DNA of 64,000 nt from a virus: the IMG/VR virus record IMGVR_UViG_3300018022_000004; one strand, written 5' to 3'. This document shows, one piece after another, positions 52,784 through 63,170 of this stretch. The notes beneath the pieces were generated by a model. The model saw only the letters and a program-made list of their open reading frames with translations, was not told where the DNA came from and did no database searches. The position numbers and the translations under genes are program-made. How positions within the stretch are numbered: position 1 is the stretch's first letter; the number at the start of each line of letters is the position of its first letter.

Positions 52784-53527
52784 GTGAAGAACCCCAAGCT
52801 CGAAGGGACATGCCTTATAGACTGCATACCCCAGACCGGGGAGTGCCCGGTAGGGTGCGCCGAGTGCTTCTACAACGGGGGCAGGTTCTACCGTACCCTG
52901 GAGGAGCCTCTCCTCCCGAGCCTGGAGGAGGCCATGGGCAAGGTGGTCCGGGTCAACTCCGGGCACGACTCCAACCTCCAGCGTGACAGGGTACTGGAGG
53001 CCACCCTCCGCTACCCCAACAAGTTCTACAACACCTCTATAGCCAGGTTCGACCTCCCAGGCCCCGTGGTGTACACCTGCAACGGGCGCAGGCTAATCCT
53101 GGCGGAGCCGCCGGCCGCAGGCAACCTCATGTTCGTGAGGGTGCGCACCTCCACCTGGAACCTGGACGAGGTGGACAGGGCCGTCGAGTTCTACCAGAGG
53201 CAGAGGGGCATCCCTGTGGTCCTCACCTTCATGCGCTACTACAGCAGGGAGGCGGTACAGAGGCCCGAGGACTACGAGTGGAGGAAGAGCGTCCTCAACG
53301 ACTACTGGTGCATCAGGCCCGAGGCCATGGCAAGGGTCATGGCAAGGTACAAGGGGACGGGGGCAAGGTCCTGCGGCACGCCCTCCAGCTCCCTCTGCAT
53401 CGACTGCCGCAACTGCGAGTTCCTGTACTGGGACTGCCTGGGGAAGATGAAGAAGGCCTCGAAGGAGGCGTACTGGAACAGGCAGCTAAACCTGCACAAG
53501 AAGGAGAGGAGAAATGCCGAAATCTAA
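52784..53527 (+). CDS. radical SAM-like Fe-S protein
   Basis: CPVGCAEC; C-terminal CIDCRNC. Confidence 0.6.
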   Translation: MKNPKLEGTCLIDCIPQTGECPVGCAECFYNGGRFYRTLEEPLLPSLEEAMGKVVRVNSGHDSNLQRDRVLEATLRYPNKFYNTSIARFDLPGPVVYTCNGRRLILAEPPAAGNLMFVRVRTSTWNLDEVDRAVEFYQRQRGIPVVLTFMRYYSREAVQRPEDYEWRKSVLNDYWCIRPEAMARVMARYKGTGARSCGTPSSSLCIDCRNCEFLYWDCLGKMKKASKEAYWNRQLNLHKKERRNAEI

Positions 53528-53735
53528 GATACCGCCTTCCCTCCTGCCGCACTCCCCGGACTACCGGGCAGGAAGCTGGCGGGACTACAGTATATGCGAG
53601 CTGGGGTGGTTCGTCCACCTGCTAGCCAAGAGGGCACAGCACAGGGAGAACCCCGAGAAGAAGAGGAAGGACCTGTATGATGCCCAGAACTACCTCAACA
53701 TAATCCAGGCCAAGCTGGACGCCCTGAAGGAATAG
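53514..53735 (+). CDS. small hypothetical protein
   Basis: GAGGAG SD. Confidence 0.55.
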   Translation: MPKSKIPPSLLPHSPDYRAGSWRDYSICELGWFVHLLAKRAQHRENPEKKRKDLYDAQNYLNIIQAKLDALKE

Positions 53736-53782
53736 GCAAGGGCAGAGAAGCCTCCGAGGTATACTACAACCTAGGAGGACCC

Positions 53783-54103
53783 ATGGTATACGCAACGACC
53801 CCGGACCTGGAAAACATAGACCCGAGGTACGCCAAGTTCCCCCACACCACCCTGCAAGAGTACTTCGAGATGTCCCCCGCCCCAAGCAAGGCCCCAGACC
53901 CGGACAACCCCAACCCGGCAGCCAAGCAGGTAGACAGCGGCAGGGAGCCCTACCTGCTCAACCTGGAGGCCCAGGCCTTGGGCATATGGCCCTGGACGGC
54001 GGTGTACGACCTGTCCCTCGACACGGACGGCGGGCTGATAGGGGTGGAGCTTCCGAACTCCTCCCGCTGGCTGCCGCCCGACACCCTGGTGTTCTGGAGG
54101 TAA
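53783..54103 (+). CDS. hypothetical protein
   Basis: GGTATACT and AGGAGG upstream. Confidence 0.6.
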   Translation: MVYATTPDLENIDPRYAKFPHTTLQEYFEMSPAPSKAPDPDNPNPAAKQVDSGREPYLLNLEAQALGIWPWTAVYDLSLDTDGGLIGVELPNSSRWLPPDTLVFWR

Positions 54104-54156
54104 GGCAGCATGGCGGCCGCCTGTATCCGGACAGACTTCCCCGAGGAGAGCCCTGC

Positions 54157-54927
54157 ATGAGGATAGTGGTCAAGGTGGGGGGAAGGGAGTCGGCCAGCTC
54201 CAGGGCACGGCACGACATAGCCAGGGACGTGGCCGACCTGTCCAAGGACCACTCCGTGGTCCTGGTTCATGGCGGCGGGGAGCCCATCAATGCCATGCTG
54301 GACAGGCTGTGCATCCGCTCGACCTTCCACCAGGGCAGGAGGGTCACATCCCCCGAGGCAAGGGACGTGGCTATGATGGTCCTAGGGCACCTCGGCAAGC
54401 TGTGGGTGAGGGACCTGTGCTTCGTAGGTCAGCATGCTATGGGGATAAGCGGGGCAGACGGGGGCCTCCTGGCTGCCGAGCGGTACAAGGAGCTGGACAT
54501 GGCAGGAAGCCCCAGTGCCGCCAGGACGTGGATACTGGAGGACATCATGCGCTCCGGCATGGTGCCCGTGGTAGCGAGCCTTGCCATCGACCCCGAGGGC
54601 AACGAGATACTGAACGTGAACGCCGACGAGGCGGCGGCCGTCATAGCCATAGCAGGAAGGGCAGACCTCCTGGTTTTCGTGACCGAGGCAGGGGGGATAC
54701 TAGGCCCGTCCATGAAGGTGCTGCCCGTGGTCAGGACGGGGGAGATAGGGAGCCTCGTATCTGGGGGAACCGTAAGGGACGGCATGGCCCTCAAGCTGTG
54801 GTCCTGTGCCAAGGCCCTGGAGCAGGGGATAAGGCAGATAGCCATAGTCCCTCCCCATCCGGGCATACTCCGCATGGTCGCCGAGGGGAAGGATACGCTC
54901 GGCACCCGCATAGTCAGGAGGCAGTGA
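54157..54927 (+). CDS. argB: acetylglutamate kinase-like (amino acid kinase family)
   Basis: VVKVGG, VHGGGEPI, GRRVTS, GISGADG, NVNADEAA, GMALKL. Confidence 0.8.
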   Translation: MRIVVKVGGRESASSRARHDIARDVADLSKDHSVVLVHGGGEPINAMLDRLCIRSTFHQGRRVTSPEARDVAMMVLGHLGKLWVRDLCFVGQHAMGISGADGGLLAAERYKELDMAGSPSAARTWILEDIMRSGMVPVVASLAIDPEGNEILNVNADEAAAVIAIAGRADLLVFVTEAGGILGPSMKVLPVVRTGEIGSLVSGGTVRDGMALKLWSCAKALEQGIRQIAIVPPHPGILRMVAEGKDTLGTRIVRRQ

Positions 54928-55022
54928 CCCAATACCTGAAAAACTGGCCAGCAAAGCGGCCACAGAATCCTGGATAAATCCCTGTACCCTGGTGTATAGT
55001 ATGCCTGGAGGGAAAACCCAGG

Positions 55023-57428
55023 ATGAAATACGGAACCCAGGCCAGCAAGACCACCACCAGCGGCGGGCTTAACGCCCCGCAGCAGTTCTCCATCCAGAAC
55101 TCGCAGATTGCCTTCGAGACGCTCTCCAGCAGGCTCTACACCGACCCCATCCGTGCGGTCATCCGTGAGCTTAGCTGCAACGCCTACGACGCCCATGTGG
55201 CGGCAGGCAAGAAGGACCAGCCCTTCGAGGTGGCCCTTCCCACCAACTTCGACCCCAGCTTCCGCATCCGTGACTACGGCCCCGGCATGAGCCACGAGCA
55301 GGTGCTCTCGCTCTACTGCACCTACTTCGCCAGCGACAAGACCAACGACAACAGCGTCATCGGTGCCTTCGGGCTGGGCAGCAAGTCCCCCTTCGCCTAC
55401 TTCCTGCGCAACGGGAAGGCGGGGGGGTTCGCCGTCATTAGCTGCTACGGCGGGAAGGCCCGCACCTATGCCGCCTTCATCGACAACGGCTTCCCCAAGG
55501 TCGAGCTACAGGACGAGAGGGACACGGTGCCCGGCAACACCGGGCTTGAGGTCATCTTCCCGGTCGAGCAGCGGGACGTGTGGGAGTTCGAGAACAAGGC
55601 CCGCATCGTGTTCGAGTTCTTCGACCCCCCCCCCAAGTTCAACAAGCGCATGGAGGTGTCCCGCCCCGAGTACACCATCGAGACGGAGCGGTGGGGCCTG
55701 CGCAAGAGCGCCGACACCGAGCAGGGGACGGGCGTGCGTGCCGTCATGGGCGGGGTCGCCTACACGGTCGGCAACATCGACGTGAGCCGCCTCACCGAGG
55801 CGCAGCAGCAGGTGCTAGGCATGCCCCTGGACATCTTCTACAGCATCGGCGAGGTCAACCCCGCCGTCAGCCGTGAGAACCTCCAGCTAGACGCCAGCAC
55901 CATCGACGCCATCAAGAAGTCCCTGGACGAGGTATACGGGGAGATACTGGAGCAGGTGAAGAAGAAGGTCGATGCCGCCCCCAACATGTGGGAAGGCAAA
56001 ATGATTATCTGGAACATGCTCCAGCACGACGCCATCGCCGGGATAGTCAACGCCGCCTACAACAAGGGGCAGCTATCCGGGCAGTATGCCAACTTCACCC
56101 TGACCGGCACGGGCAAGGACCTTGCCGTAAACGAGCTTGACTTCACGTCCATACAGGTCTACCGCTACGAGCGCTCCTGGAGGCGCAGGGGGAGCCAGAG
56201 GGAGGAGATGTTCACCCTCAAGCCCGAGGAGCGCAGCGCTGCCCTAAAGAGCACCGAGTCGGGGGTAGTGGAGCGGAAGGACTACGACTGCGACTTCAAG
56301 GTGGACCCCGAGGTCGCCTTCGTCCTGGACGACATGAAGCCGGGGCGTGCCAACAAGTTCGTGTACGCCTACGTCCAGAACCGGGCATCGGACAACTCCG
56401 AGAAGCGGGTGGTCTACCTGATATCGCCCCTCAAGGACGCCGACCAGAAGGCCGCCCTGGCAGAGGCGGACGGGCTGCTGGCAGCGCTCGGCAACCCTCC
56501 CATAACCGCAGCCAGCGCCTTGCAGGCCAAGTACGACTACCTGTTCCCCAAGCGTGAGTACGTGCCCAGGGAGCGTGGGGTGCTGAGGTTCGAGAAACCC
56601 TACGGCAGCCGCTCCTGGCGAAACGCCTGGAAGGCTGCGACGGCAGAGCAGGTGAACGGCGGCGGGACCAAGCTCTACGTGGTCATCGAGGGGAGGAACC
56701 GGGAGCCGCAGGACGCCCTGGCCGCCAGCTCCCCCCGCAGCTTCGCCTCCCTGGTAGAGCACATGAAGGAGTCGGGGCTGTTCGGGATGGACACCGGCAC
56801 CCCCGTGTTCGGGCTGCGCAAGAACGCCAAGCTGCGCAGGGAGCACGGCTGGACCGAGTTCAGGGGGTACGTGGAGAAGGCGATAAGCCAGGAGATGACC
56901 CCCGTGCGTGAGGCATCCCTCAGCCTCAAGGTCCACCCCTTCCAGACGGACTGGGAGTTCGCCCTGGACTATATCGCCAAGCACCACCCGCTGGACGGGG
57001 GCAGCCCCTTGCAGCAGTTCGCCGACGACCTTGCCGCCGCCAAGAGGGCGCTCGGCAAGTCGGGGGAGCACTTCGCCGCAGTCCTGAACCTGATGGGCAG
57101 GAAGGCGACCGCCGTGGACCTGAACGAGGCCTGGGCAAAGGTGAAGGCGCAGTACCCCGTCATCGACATGTTCGGGCGGCGTGGCTACGGCAGCGGGAAC
57201 GTCAGGGAGACGGACGCCTTCGTGGGCTATGCCCGGATGATAGAGCAGGCGGCCCAGAAGCCCCAGGGGCCTACCAAGGACGAGCTTCGTCGGGCACGCA
57301 AGGCACGCAACCAGAAGGCCTACTACGAGCGCAAGAGGCAGGCGGGGCTGGCAGCCCTGGCCAGCCACCAGGGGAACGATAAGTTCCTTATGGTGAACGG
57401 CGTGCCCGTCCTGGACGGCGCAGTGTAA
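55023..57428 (+). CDS. rIIA: rIIA-like protein (N-terminal GHKL ATPase)
   Basis: LSSRLYTDPIRAVIRELSCNAYDAH, IRDYGPGM, GAFGLGSKSPFAY; rIIB adjacent. Confidence 0.88.
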   Translation: MKYGTQASKTTTSGGLNAPQQFSIQNSQIAFETLSSRLYTDPIRAVIRELSCNAYDAHVAAGKKDQPFEVALPTNFDPSFRIRDYGPGMSHEQVLSLYCTYFASDKTNDNSVIGAFGLGSKSPFAYFLRNGKAGGFAVISCYGGKARTYAAFIDNGFPKVELQDERDTVPGNTGLEVIFPVEQRDVWEFENKARIVFEFFDPPPKFNKRMEVSRPEYTIETERWGLRKSADTEQGTGVRAVMGGVAYTVGNIDVSRLTEAQQQVLGMPLDIFYSIGEVNPAVSRENLQLDASTIDAIKKSLDEVYGEILEQVKKKVDAAPNMWEGKMIIWNMLQHDAIAGIVNAAYNKGQLSGQYANFTLTGTGKDLAVNELDFTSIQVYRYERSWRRRGSQREEMFTLKPEERSAALKSTESGVVERKDYDCDFKVDPEVAFVLDDMKPGRANKFVYAYVQNRASDNSEKRVVYLISPLKDADQKAALAEADGLLAALGNPPITAASALQAKYDYLFPKREYVPRERGVLRFEKPYGSRSWRNAWKAATAEQVNGGGTKLYVVIEGRNREPQDALAASSPRSFASLVEHMKESGLFGMDTGTPVFGLRKNAKLRREHGWTEFRGYVEKAISQEMTPVREASLSLKVHPFQTDWEFALDYIAKHHPLDGGSPLQQFADDLAAAKRALGKSGEHFAAVLNLMGRKATAVDLNEAWAKVKAQYPVIDMFGRRGYGSGNVRETDAFVGYARMIEQAAQKPQGPTKDELRRARKARNQKAYYERKRQAGLAALASHQGNDKFLMVNGVPVLDGAV

Positions 57429-57484
57429 AATCCTCCGGGGATTACCCCCCGGCAAGGTATAATAGAGTAGAAGGAGACAACCGT

Positions 57485-58732
57485 ATGGCAAAGGCAGCAG
57501 CAATCCCCTATGTAATGCAGGACAACTTCGTGTCGGTACTGGTAGGCGGAAGGCCGTTCCAGCTACTCGCCAGCCACCCGACGTTCAGACGCATGGTGCG
57601 TGCCCTGAAGGGAAGGAAGTGGGACAGGGTCCCCGACCTGGTGAACCTTGCGCAGTCCATCTCCAACCGCAGCCACGGCAACGTGGAGGTGCGTGAGGGC
57701 AAGGTGTTCTACAAGGGTTCCGAGGTGGACTCCTCCCTGACCCGCATGATGGTGTCCCTCGTCGAGCACGAGCAGCCTGTCACCCACATGCTGCGGTTCA
57801 TGGACAACCTGTACGAGAACCCCAACCCCCGTGCCATCCAGGGCCTCTACGACTTCCTACAGCGCTACAGCATGCCGATAACGGACGACGGGTGCTTCGT
57901 CGCCTACAAACGGGTGGACGGGGGTTACAAGGACTGCCACTCGCACACCATCGACAACAGTGTCGGCACGGTGAACGTCATGCCCCGCAAGGACGTTGAC
58001 AAGGACTCCGCCAACGTCTGCTCCAGGGGCTACCACTTCTGCTCCAGGGCCTACCTCACCAGCTTCTCCGGCGAGCACCTGATGGCAATCAAGGTCAATC
58101 CCGCCGACGTGGACGAGATTCCCGAGGTGGACTGCGGGAAGGGGCGCACGTGGCGCTACGAGGTCATCGACGAGGTCCCCAACCAGAACTACGAGAAGGA
58201 GGACGCCGAGTACTTCCAGCGCCCGCTCATCGCCGTGGGCAGGGACCGCAAGGCGCTCATCAAGAGGCTCCTGGCGCTGTCCTCGGTGGCACGCCTCGTG
58301 GCACGGACAGAGCGTGACCGTGCGAGGTACCGCCGCACCCGCAAGAGGCTCGGCGACAACCACCCGCAGGTCCAGGTCGCAGGGCTGACCAGGCAGGCCC
58401 TCGGCAAGGCGTCCCTGGGACGCCTCCGGCAGTGGTACGAGCGGTTCGCCGCAGACAACCCGCCTGCCCCGGCAGGCAGGCCCGCCGTGTTCGCCAACCC
58501 CACCCGCCCGGCACGCATCGCAGCGGGCCTGAACATTGTGGCGGTGGCGAACGAGATGAAGGTACGCCCCTCCGACGTGTACAAGCAGGAGAAGGCCGAG
58601 AGGCCCACGCAGCGGTTCATCGACAACTACATCGCCGCCGTGCAGAGGCTCTCGGACGCCGGGTACGGGGTAGGCTTCGAGTCGGCAAAGGCACAGGAGA
58701 AGCGGGGACGGCCGTCCGTCCTCGCCTCCTAG
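57485..58732 (+). CDS. rIIB: rIIB-like protein with C-terminal HTH-like extension
   Basis: ITDDGCFVAYKRV, MPRKDVD, CSRGYHFCS, KVNPADV..IP. Confidence 0.85.
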   Translation: MAKAAAIPYVMQDNFVSVLVGGRPFQLLASHPTFRRMVRALKGRKWDRVPDLVNLAQSISNRSHGNVEVREGKVFYKGSEVDSSLTRMMVSLVEHEQPVTHMLRFMDNLYENPNPRAIQGLYDFLQRYSMPITDDGCFVAYKRVDGGYKDCHSHTIDNSVGTVNVMPRKDVDKDSANVCSRGYHFCSRAYLTSFSGEHLMAIKVNPADVDEIPEVDCGKGRTWRYEVIDEVPNQNYEKEDAEYFQRPLIAVGRDRKALIKRLLALSSVARLVARTERDRARYRRTRKRLGDNHPQVQVAGLTRQALGKASLGRLRQWYERFAADNPPAPAGRPAVFANPTRPARIAAGLNIVAVANEMKVRPSDVYKQEKAERPTQRFIDNYIAAVQRLSDAGYGVGFESAKAQEKRGRPSVLAS

Positions 58733-58743
58733 ACCGAGGGGCC

Positions 58744-58926
58744 ATGTCTCAGACCAGCAAGGAAAAGTGGCTGTTCGTCGGGCTGCTCGCCTTCTTCCTG
58801 GCCATCGCCCTGGGCCTCACCCTGGTGGTAGGAGGAGCATCCCCCTACCTCTACCTCCTGATTTCGATGGCATGGACGTTCACCGCCCTGTGCGCCTGGA
58901 AGCTTGGCAGACTTATGGGGGAATGA
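58744..58926 (+). CDS. small two-TM membrane protein
   Basis: Hydrophobic; SD. Confidence 0.55.
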   Translation: MSQTSKEKWLFVGLLAFFLAIALGLTLVVGGASPYLYLLISMAWTFTALCAWKLGRLMGE

Positions 58927-59282
58927 CCGTGGGAGACAGCAAGGAACCAGGCACTATCGAGGAGCTATCCGACCTCCTGAGGCAGACGGTGGAGGAGGGG
59001 AGGGGAATCCTCGGCGAGGTGGCCGACGCCAACCGGCAGCTCGGCCAGTCCGCAAGGGAGCTATGCGACAGCCTCAACCGGCTCGTGTCTCCCCCGCCGA
59101 TGCTCCCGCCGAGACGGAGGGGACGATGGCTGTAATAGCAGGCGTCAGGGGGGCAATCGAGAGATGGAGGGAGAGACGACGCCTCCGCAGGGAGGCCCGC
59201 CGCCTCATAAGGTTCTACAGGGGCTACCTGAGGCTACTGAGGCAGGTCCAGCGGGAGGCAGAGGAGCTGGGCCTGGCCAGCC

Positions 59283-59843
59283 ATGATTAGGCTATTCAAC
59301 CACACCCGGCACCCGGACGCCCCTATCAGGAAGGTCCTGGCGTTCGCTGCCAGAGCGATAGGGGTAGGGGGGGACGTGTACGTCAAGGTCACCCCCTCGC
59401 TGCGGCTCCGGCCCAGCGCCTACGCAAAGCGTGGGTTCCCCTACCTAGGGTTCATGCGGTGCGCCTCCGACCGGAAGGGCAGGAACGGGAAGCTGCTGGG
59501 GGACAAGCCAGGGTTCGCCGTCCTGTCCCTGACCGGCAGGAGGGGGAAGGTGGACTGGCTGGAGGCATGCTGGTGGTTCATGCATACCGCCCTGCACGAG
59601 ATGGCGCATATCCGGCAGTTCCGTGAGAACAGGTACGGTATACTGAGGCTCAGGGAGGCCGAGATGTCCAGGGGGGCCAAGAGGAGGCTGAGGCACAATG
59701 CCCGCCCGTGCGAGGTAGATGCCTGGGACCAGGTCGAGGACGTGAAGAAGGACAAGAGGAGGTACCTGCGGCAGCAGGACCTCACCATCGACCTTGCCGT
59801 GGCCATCGAGGAGGCAGAGAGTGGGGGTATTCGGCCCAGGTAA
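59283..59843 (+). CDS. HExxH putative metallopeptidase
   Basis: TALHEMAHIRQ...E.DA. Confidence 0.65.
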   Translation: MIRLFNHTRHPDAPIRKVLAFAARAIGVGGDVYVKVTPSLRLRPSAYAKRGFPYLGFMRCASDRKGRNGKLLGDKPGFAVLSLTGRRGKVDWLEACWWFMHTALHEMAHIRQFRENRYGILRLREAEMSRGAKRRLRHNARPCEVDAWDQVEDVKKDKRRYLRQQDLTIDLAVAIEEAESGGIRPR

Positions 59844-60107
59844 GCCGAGGCACGAGCACGCATTCAGGGTGAAGAGCGTGGCGCTGGTAAGGCCGGACGG
59901 AGAGGCGCTGAGGAGGCTGGCCGACCCTGCCGTGTTCTCCCAGGCCATAGGCATATACCTGGACGAGGACGACTATACCAGCATAGCAGAGGCGCTGCTG
60001 GAGCGCTCCGTCCCCAGGACCTCGGTGCTGAGGGAGTGCTCCTGCGGGGCGCTGGAGGAGAGGATGTACAGCGGCGACCACACGCAGGCGTTCAAGTAGG
60101 GGGGGCC

Positions 60108-60446
60108 ATGAAGAGGCTGGAAACGATACCGAGCGAAAGGCTCAGGAAGTGCTTCGACGCAGGGAGCGTAGCGGCCCTGTTCCCGCTCCTCAAGGGGTGG
60201 ACGGGGGAGGAGCTTACGGCGCTCCTGGGCGACGTCGATACCTTCTACGGGGTAAGCCTGGAGAAGATAGGGGCAAGGGCCCGGGAGATGAGGAAGGGGA
60301 TCAAGAGGGGGAAGGCCGGCACGGCGGTGCGGGCGGTCCTCGCCAGGGCCCAGGGCAAGGTAGAGATGCACCTCGTGGCCATATGCTCCGAGATATCCTC
60401 CGTGGCGCAGTACTACCTGCACGGGGAGGACGGGGGAGCAGCATGA
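60108..60446 (+). CDS. hypothetical protein
   Basis: MKRLETIP...; ATGA overlap with the next gene. Confidence 0.5.
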   Translation: MKRLETIPSERLRKCFDAGSVAALFPLLKGWTGEELTALLGDVDTFYGVSLEKIGARAREMRKGIKRGKAGTAVRAVLARAQGKVEMHLVAICSEISSVAQYYLHGEDGGAA

Positions 60447-61021
60447 AGAGGAAAAAGGCAGAGATATGCCTGGCGGTAGGGGACCTGATGCGCCTGGCAG
60501 AGGCAGCGACGGACACCAGCCTGGACCAGCGCATCTACGTGGTGGTTGCCGAGACGGTGCAGACCCCGATGGGCCTGGACCTGGAGGGCGGGGGGGAGAG
60601 GCTGTTCAGGCCCCCCGAGTCCGTGACCGTGCGCCAGCCGCACGGCAGGGTTGCCGCCCAGGTAGCGCACGTGGTCAGCCTCGTCCGGCTGGGGATGGCA
60701 CAGCATACCATGATGGGCAGCGGCCTGACCAAGCTGCCCTCCAGCACGGACCTCTACGAGTACCTGACCAGGGTGTGGCTGAGGCTCTCGGTGCCGATAA
60801 CCACCGTGGTCCTGTCGGCAAGGGACAGCTACGAGCTGCACCACGTGTACAGGCTCCTGGAGCAGGTGCCACGTGCCCGTGTGCAGGCGTTCTACGACGA
60901 GAACGCAGAGGCGTACGGGCCAGGGAAGATAATGACCGCCATCGCCACGGAGCCTGTCGTACCGTCGGCCACGGCAGGCATCCTCGACTACCTGCCCCTG
61001 TGGACGCCGAGGGAGAAATAG
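60443..61021 (+). CDS. peptidyl-tRNA hydrolase 2 (Pth2)-like protein
   Basis: GRVAAQVAH, TTVVL...EL, FYDEN, MTAIATEP follow the Pth2 motif order. Confidence 0.65.
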   Translation: MKRKKAEICLAVGDLMRLAEAATDTSLDQRIYVVVAETVQTPMGLDLEGGGERLFRPPESVTVRQPHGRVAAQVAHVVSLVRLGMAQHTMMGSGLTKLPSSTDLYEYLTRVWLRLSVPITTVVLSARDSYELHHVYRLLEQVPRARVQAFYDENAEAYGPGKIMTAIATEPVVPSATAGILDYLPLWTPREK

Positions 61022-61203
61022 GGGGGCACGCACATGGCAAGGCTGACGCTGACGCTTACGGAGGGCGACCTGGTGAGCCTCCTGCGGGGGGAGCCTGTCC
61101 AGATATTCCACGAGGCCCCGGTCAGGGAGGTCGTCCTGGAGAAGGGGGCCAACCTCCACCATATCCTGGAGACGGCCGAGGAAGAGCTGAGGAAGAGGGC
61201 ATA

Positions 61204-61638
61204 ATGGACACCGTGACGATGACCAGGATAGGGCTTAAGGACTGCCACGGCACGCTGTACGAGTGCCCGTGCGGAGGCGAGTTCGCCGTCCTGGAGGAGG
61301 CGTGGGAGCCGAAGGCGTGCCCCCGCTGCGGCGGGAGGGTAGAAAAGGTAGTCCTGCCGGAGGATGACTCGGCGTCCTGGGAGCAGATAGGGGCCTACGG
61401 GGAGCAGCGCAGGGCGGACGACAGGGACGGGACCAGGGAGCGGCTTAAGGCCCCCAGGGGGATGTTCCGGGTCGTCGGCGTGGACACCTTCGAGGGGCCG
61501 AGGGAGGACTACCTCGTAGGGGACTACGGCAGCAAGGCCAAGGCCCTCAAGGTGGCCAAGAGGCACGGGGGGCAGATGAACCCCGTGCATGTCTACGACG
61601 ACCAGGGGAACAGCCTGGCGATGTACGGGAGCGTATGA
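61204..61638 (+). CDS. zinc-ribbon hypothetical protein
   Basis: CPCG...CPRC. Confidence 0.55.
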   Translation: MDTVTMTRIGLKDCHGTLYECPCGGEFAVLEEAWEPKACPRCGGRVEKVVLPEDDSASWEQIGAYGEQRRADDRDGTRERLKAPRGMFRVVGVDTFEGPREDYLVGDYGSKAKALKVAKRHGGQMNPVHVYDDQGNSLAMYGSV

Positions 61639-61804
61639 TGGGCGACGTCGGCGAAGGGGCTTACCGCACAGGGGACGGCATAAAGCACTACCCCCCAGGC
61701 ACCTGGGAGCTTGACAGGCCCCTGCCGACCATCGGCGACTGGTACGTGGACGGCCAGTTCCTTATCAGGCAGAACGGGGACGGCTCCCTCGACGAGGTGC
61801 TAAC

Positions 61805-62092
61805 ATGAGGGCAGGAAGGCTCCTCTCCGCCCTCCTCGGAGGGGCCATGGCAGCGATGGCCTCCCAGGGGGTAAGCGACAAGGTCAAGTACGAGCGGCTG
61901 ATGGACAGGGCAGGGTACGTGCTGGGGCATGCCGAGGGAGACCCTGGGAAGTGCGAGGAGGCGGCCCTGCTGTACCACGAGGCCCTGGAGACCAGGCCGA
62001 GGTCGGCCGAGGCGAAGGCAGGGGAGAAGAGGGCAGAGGGATGCGCCAGAAGGAAAAGCTCGCAAGGGGCAAGGCCTACGCCGCCACGGTGA
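61805..62092 (+). CDS. TPR-like small protein with hydrophobic N-terminus
   Basis: YHEALETRPRSAEA. Confidence 0.45.
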   Translation: MRAGRLLSALLGGAMAAMASQGVSDKVKYERLMDRAGYVLGHAEGDPGKCEEAALLYHEALETRPRSAEAKAGEKRAEGCARRKSSQGARPTPPR

Positions 62093-62435
62093 GGAGCATC
62101 GACAGGGAGTACGGCGAGGATGCCCTCCTGGACTATCCTGCCGACTTCCAGGAGGGGCTTTTCAACGCCGGGTGGAGGGAGGGGAAGAGGTATGCCAGAA
62201 AGCAGGGGAGAGACCGTGGTGCTGCTCATCGACAACGGGCCGAAAAAGGCAGATAGGCCATCCTGGAACAGCTTCGAGGGAACCCCCCTCTCCGAGGGCA
62301 GCGACCCCAGGGTGGAGAGGGCAGTGTCGGAGATAGCCTCTATCGCCGTAGCGGGCAGCCGGCCGGGCAACGGGTACATCTTCAACGCCTACGCTGTCAG
62401 GAGGGTCCTGCTGGGCCTGCTCAAGGAGGAGTCCG

Positions 62436-62759
62436 ATGCCGGATAGCCCGGAGAGCCTGGACGACGGCTGCTACATCCACTGCCCCAAGCACGGCCCCCG
62501 CAGGAGGGCCTACATCGTGTGCAGGCACCTGCTGGAGGAGGCCCCCGGCGGCCCTATAGCCATGGCCCTGGCCATAGGCTTCCACGAGCCTTGGAGAAAG
62601 AGGCTCCCCGGCGAGGGGGAGACCGGAGGGATGGGGCAGCTCTGCTGCAAGAGGCCCCCCGAAGGGCACACGGTAGACGAGCTTGTGCTGGCGTGCGTGG
62701 ACTCGCTCGTCGAGGCGGGCCTGCTGTGCCGGGCCTTCGGCGAGGTAGTCCAGGGCTGA
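62436..62759 (+). CDS. Cys-rich hypothetical protein
   Basis: CPKHG...VCRHL. Confidence 0.55.
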   Translation: MPDSPESLDDGCYIHCPKHGPRRRAYIVCRHLLEEAPGGPIAMALAIGFHEPWRKRLPGEGETGGMGQLCCKRPPEGHTVDELVLACVDSLVEAGLLCRAFGEVVQG

Positions 62760-62771
62760 CTAGGGGGCGGA

Positions 62772-63170
62772 TTGGCAGAGGACAGGGTAAGGGTAGAGGG
62801 GCTGACCAGGGAGCTGCCCCCCGAGGACGAGGGCAGGAGGGAGGGGCGGAGGGGCCTGTACGGGGCCGTCCGCATAGGCACCCCCGTAGTCCCAGGGTGG
62901 ACCGAGAGGTACATCCTCTCCCGCATGGCCAGGGTGCTGCCGGAGGAGCTGGCCAGGCTGGACGCCGAGATTGAGAGGCTGGAGGATGCTGGTCTGGACA
63001 TCACCCTCTCCGCCTTCCTGGAGATGCTTGAGCCTCCTGTGCCCAAGCCAGCGCCCGAGCCAGAAGCGGTGCCCGAGCTGCCGGTAGTGGCTACAGCGCC
63101 GCCAGCCAGGCCTACCCTGTGGGGAAGGCTGAGAGGATGGCTCTCAAGGATATGGGACCTAGCCTCCTAA
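62772..63170 (+). CDS. hypothetical protein
   Basis: 132 aa. Confidence 0.55.
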   Translation: MAEDRVRVEGLTRELPPEDEGRREGRRGLYGAVRIGTPVVPGWTERYILSRMARVLPEELARLDAEIERLEDAGLDITLSAFLEMLEPPVPKPAPEPEAVPELPVVATAPPARPTLWGRLRGWLSRIWDLAS

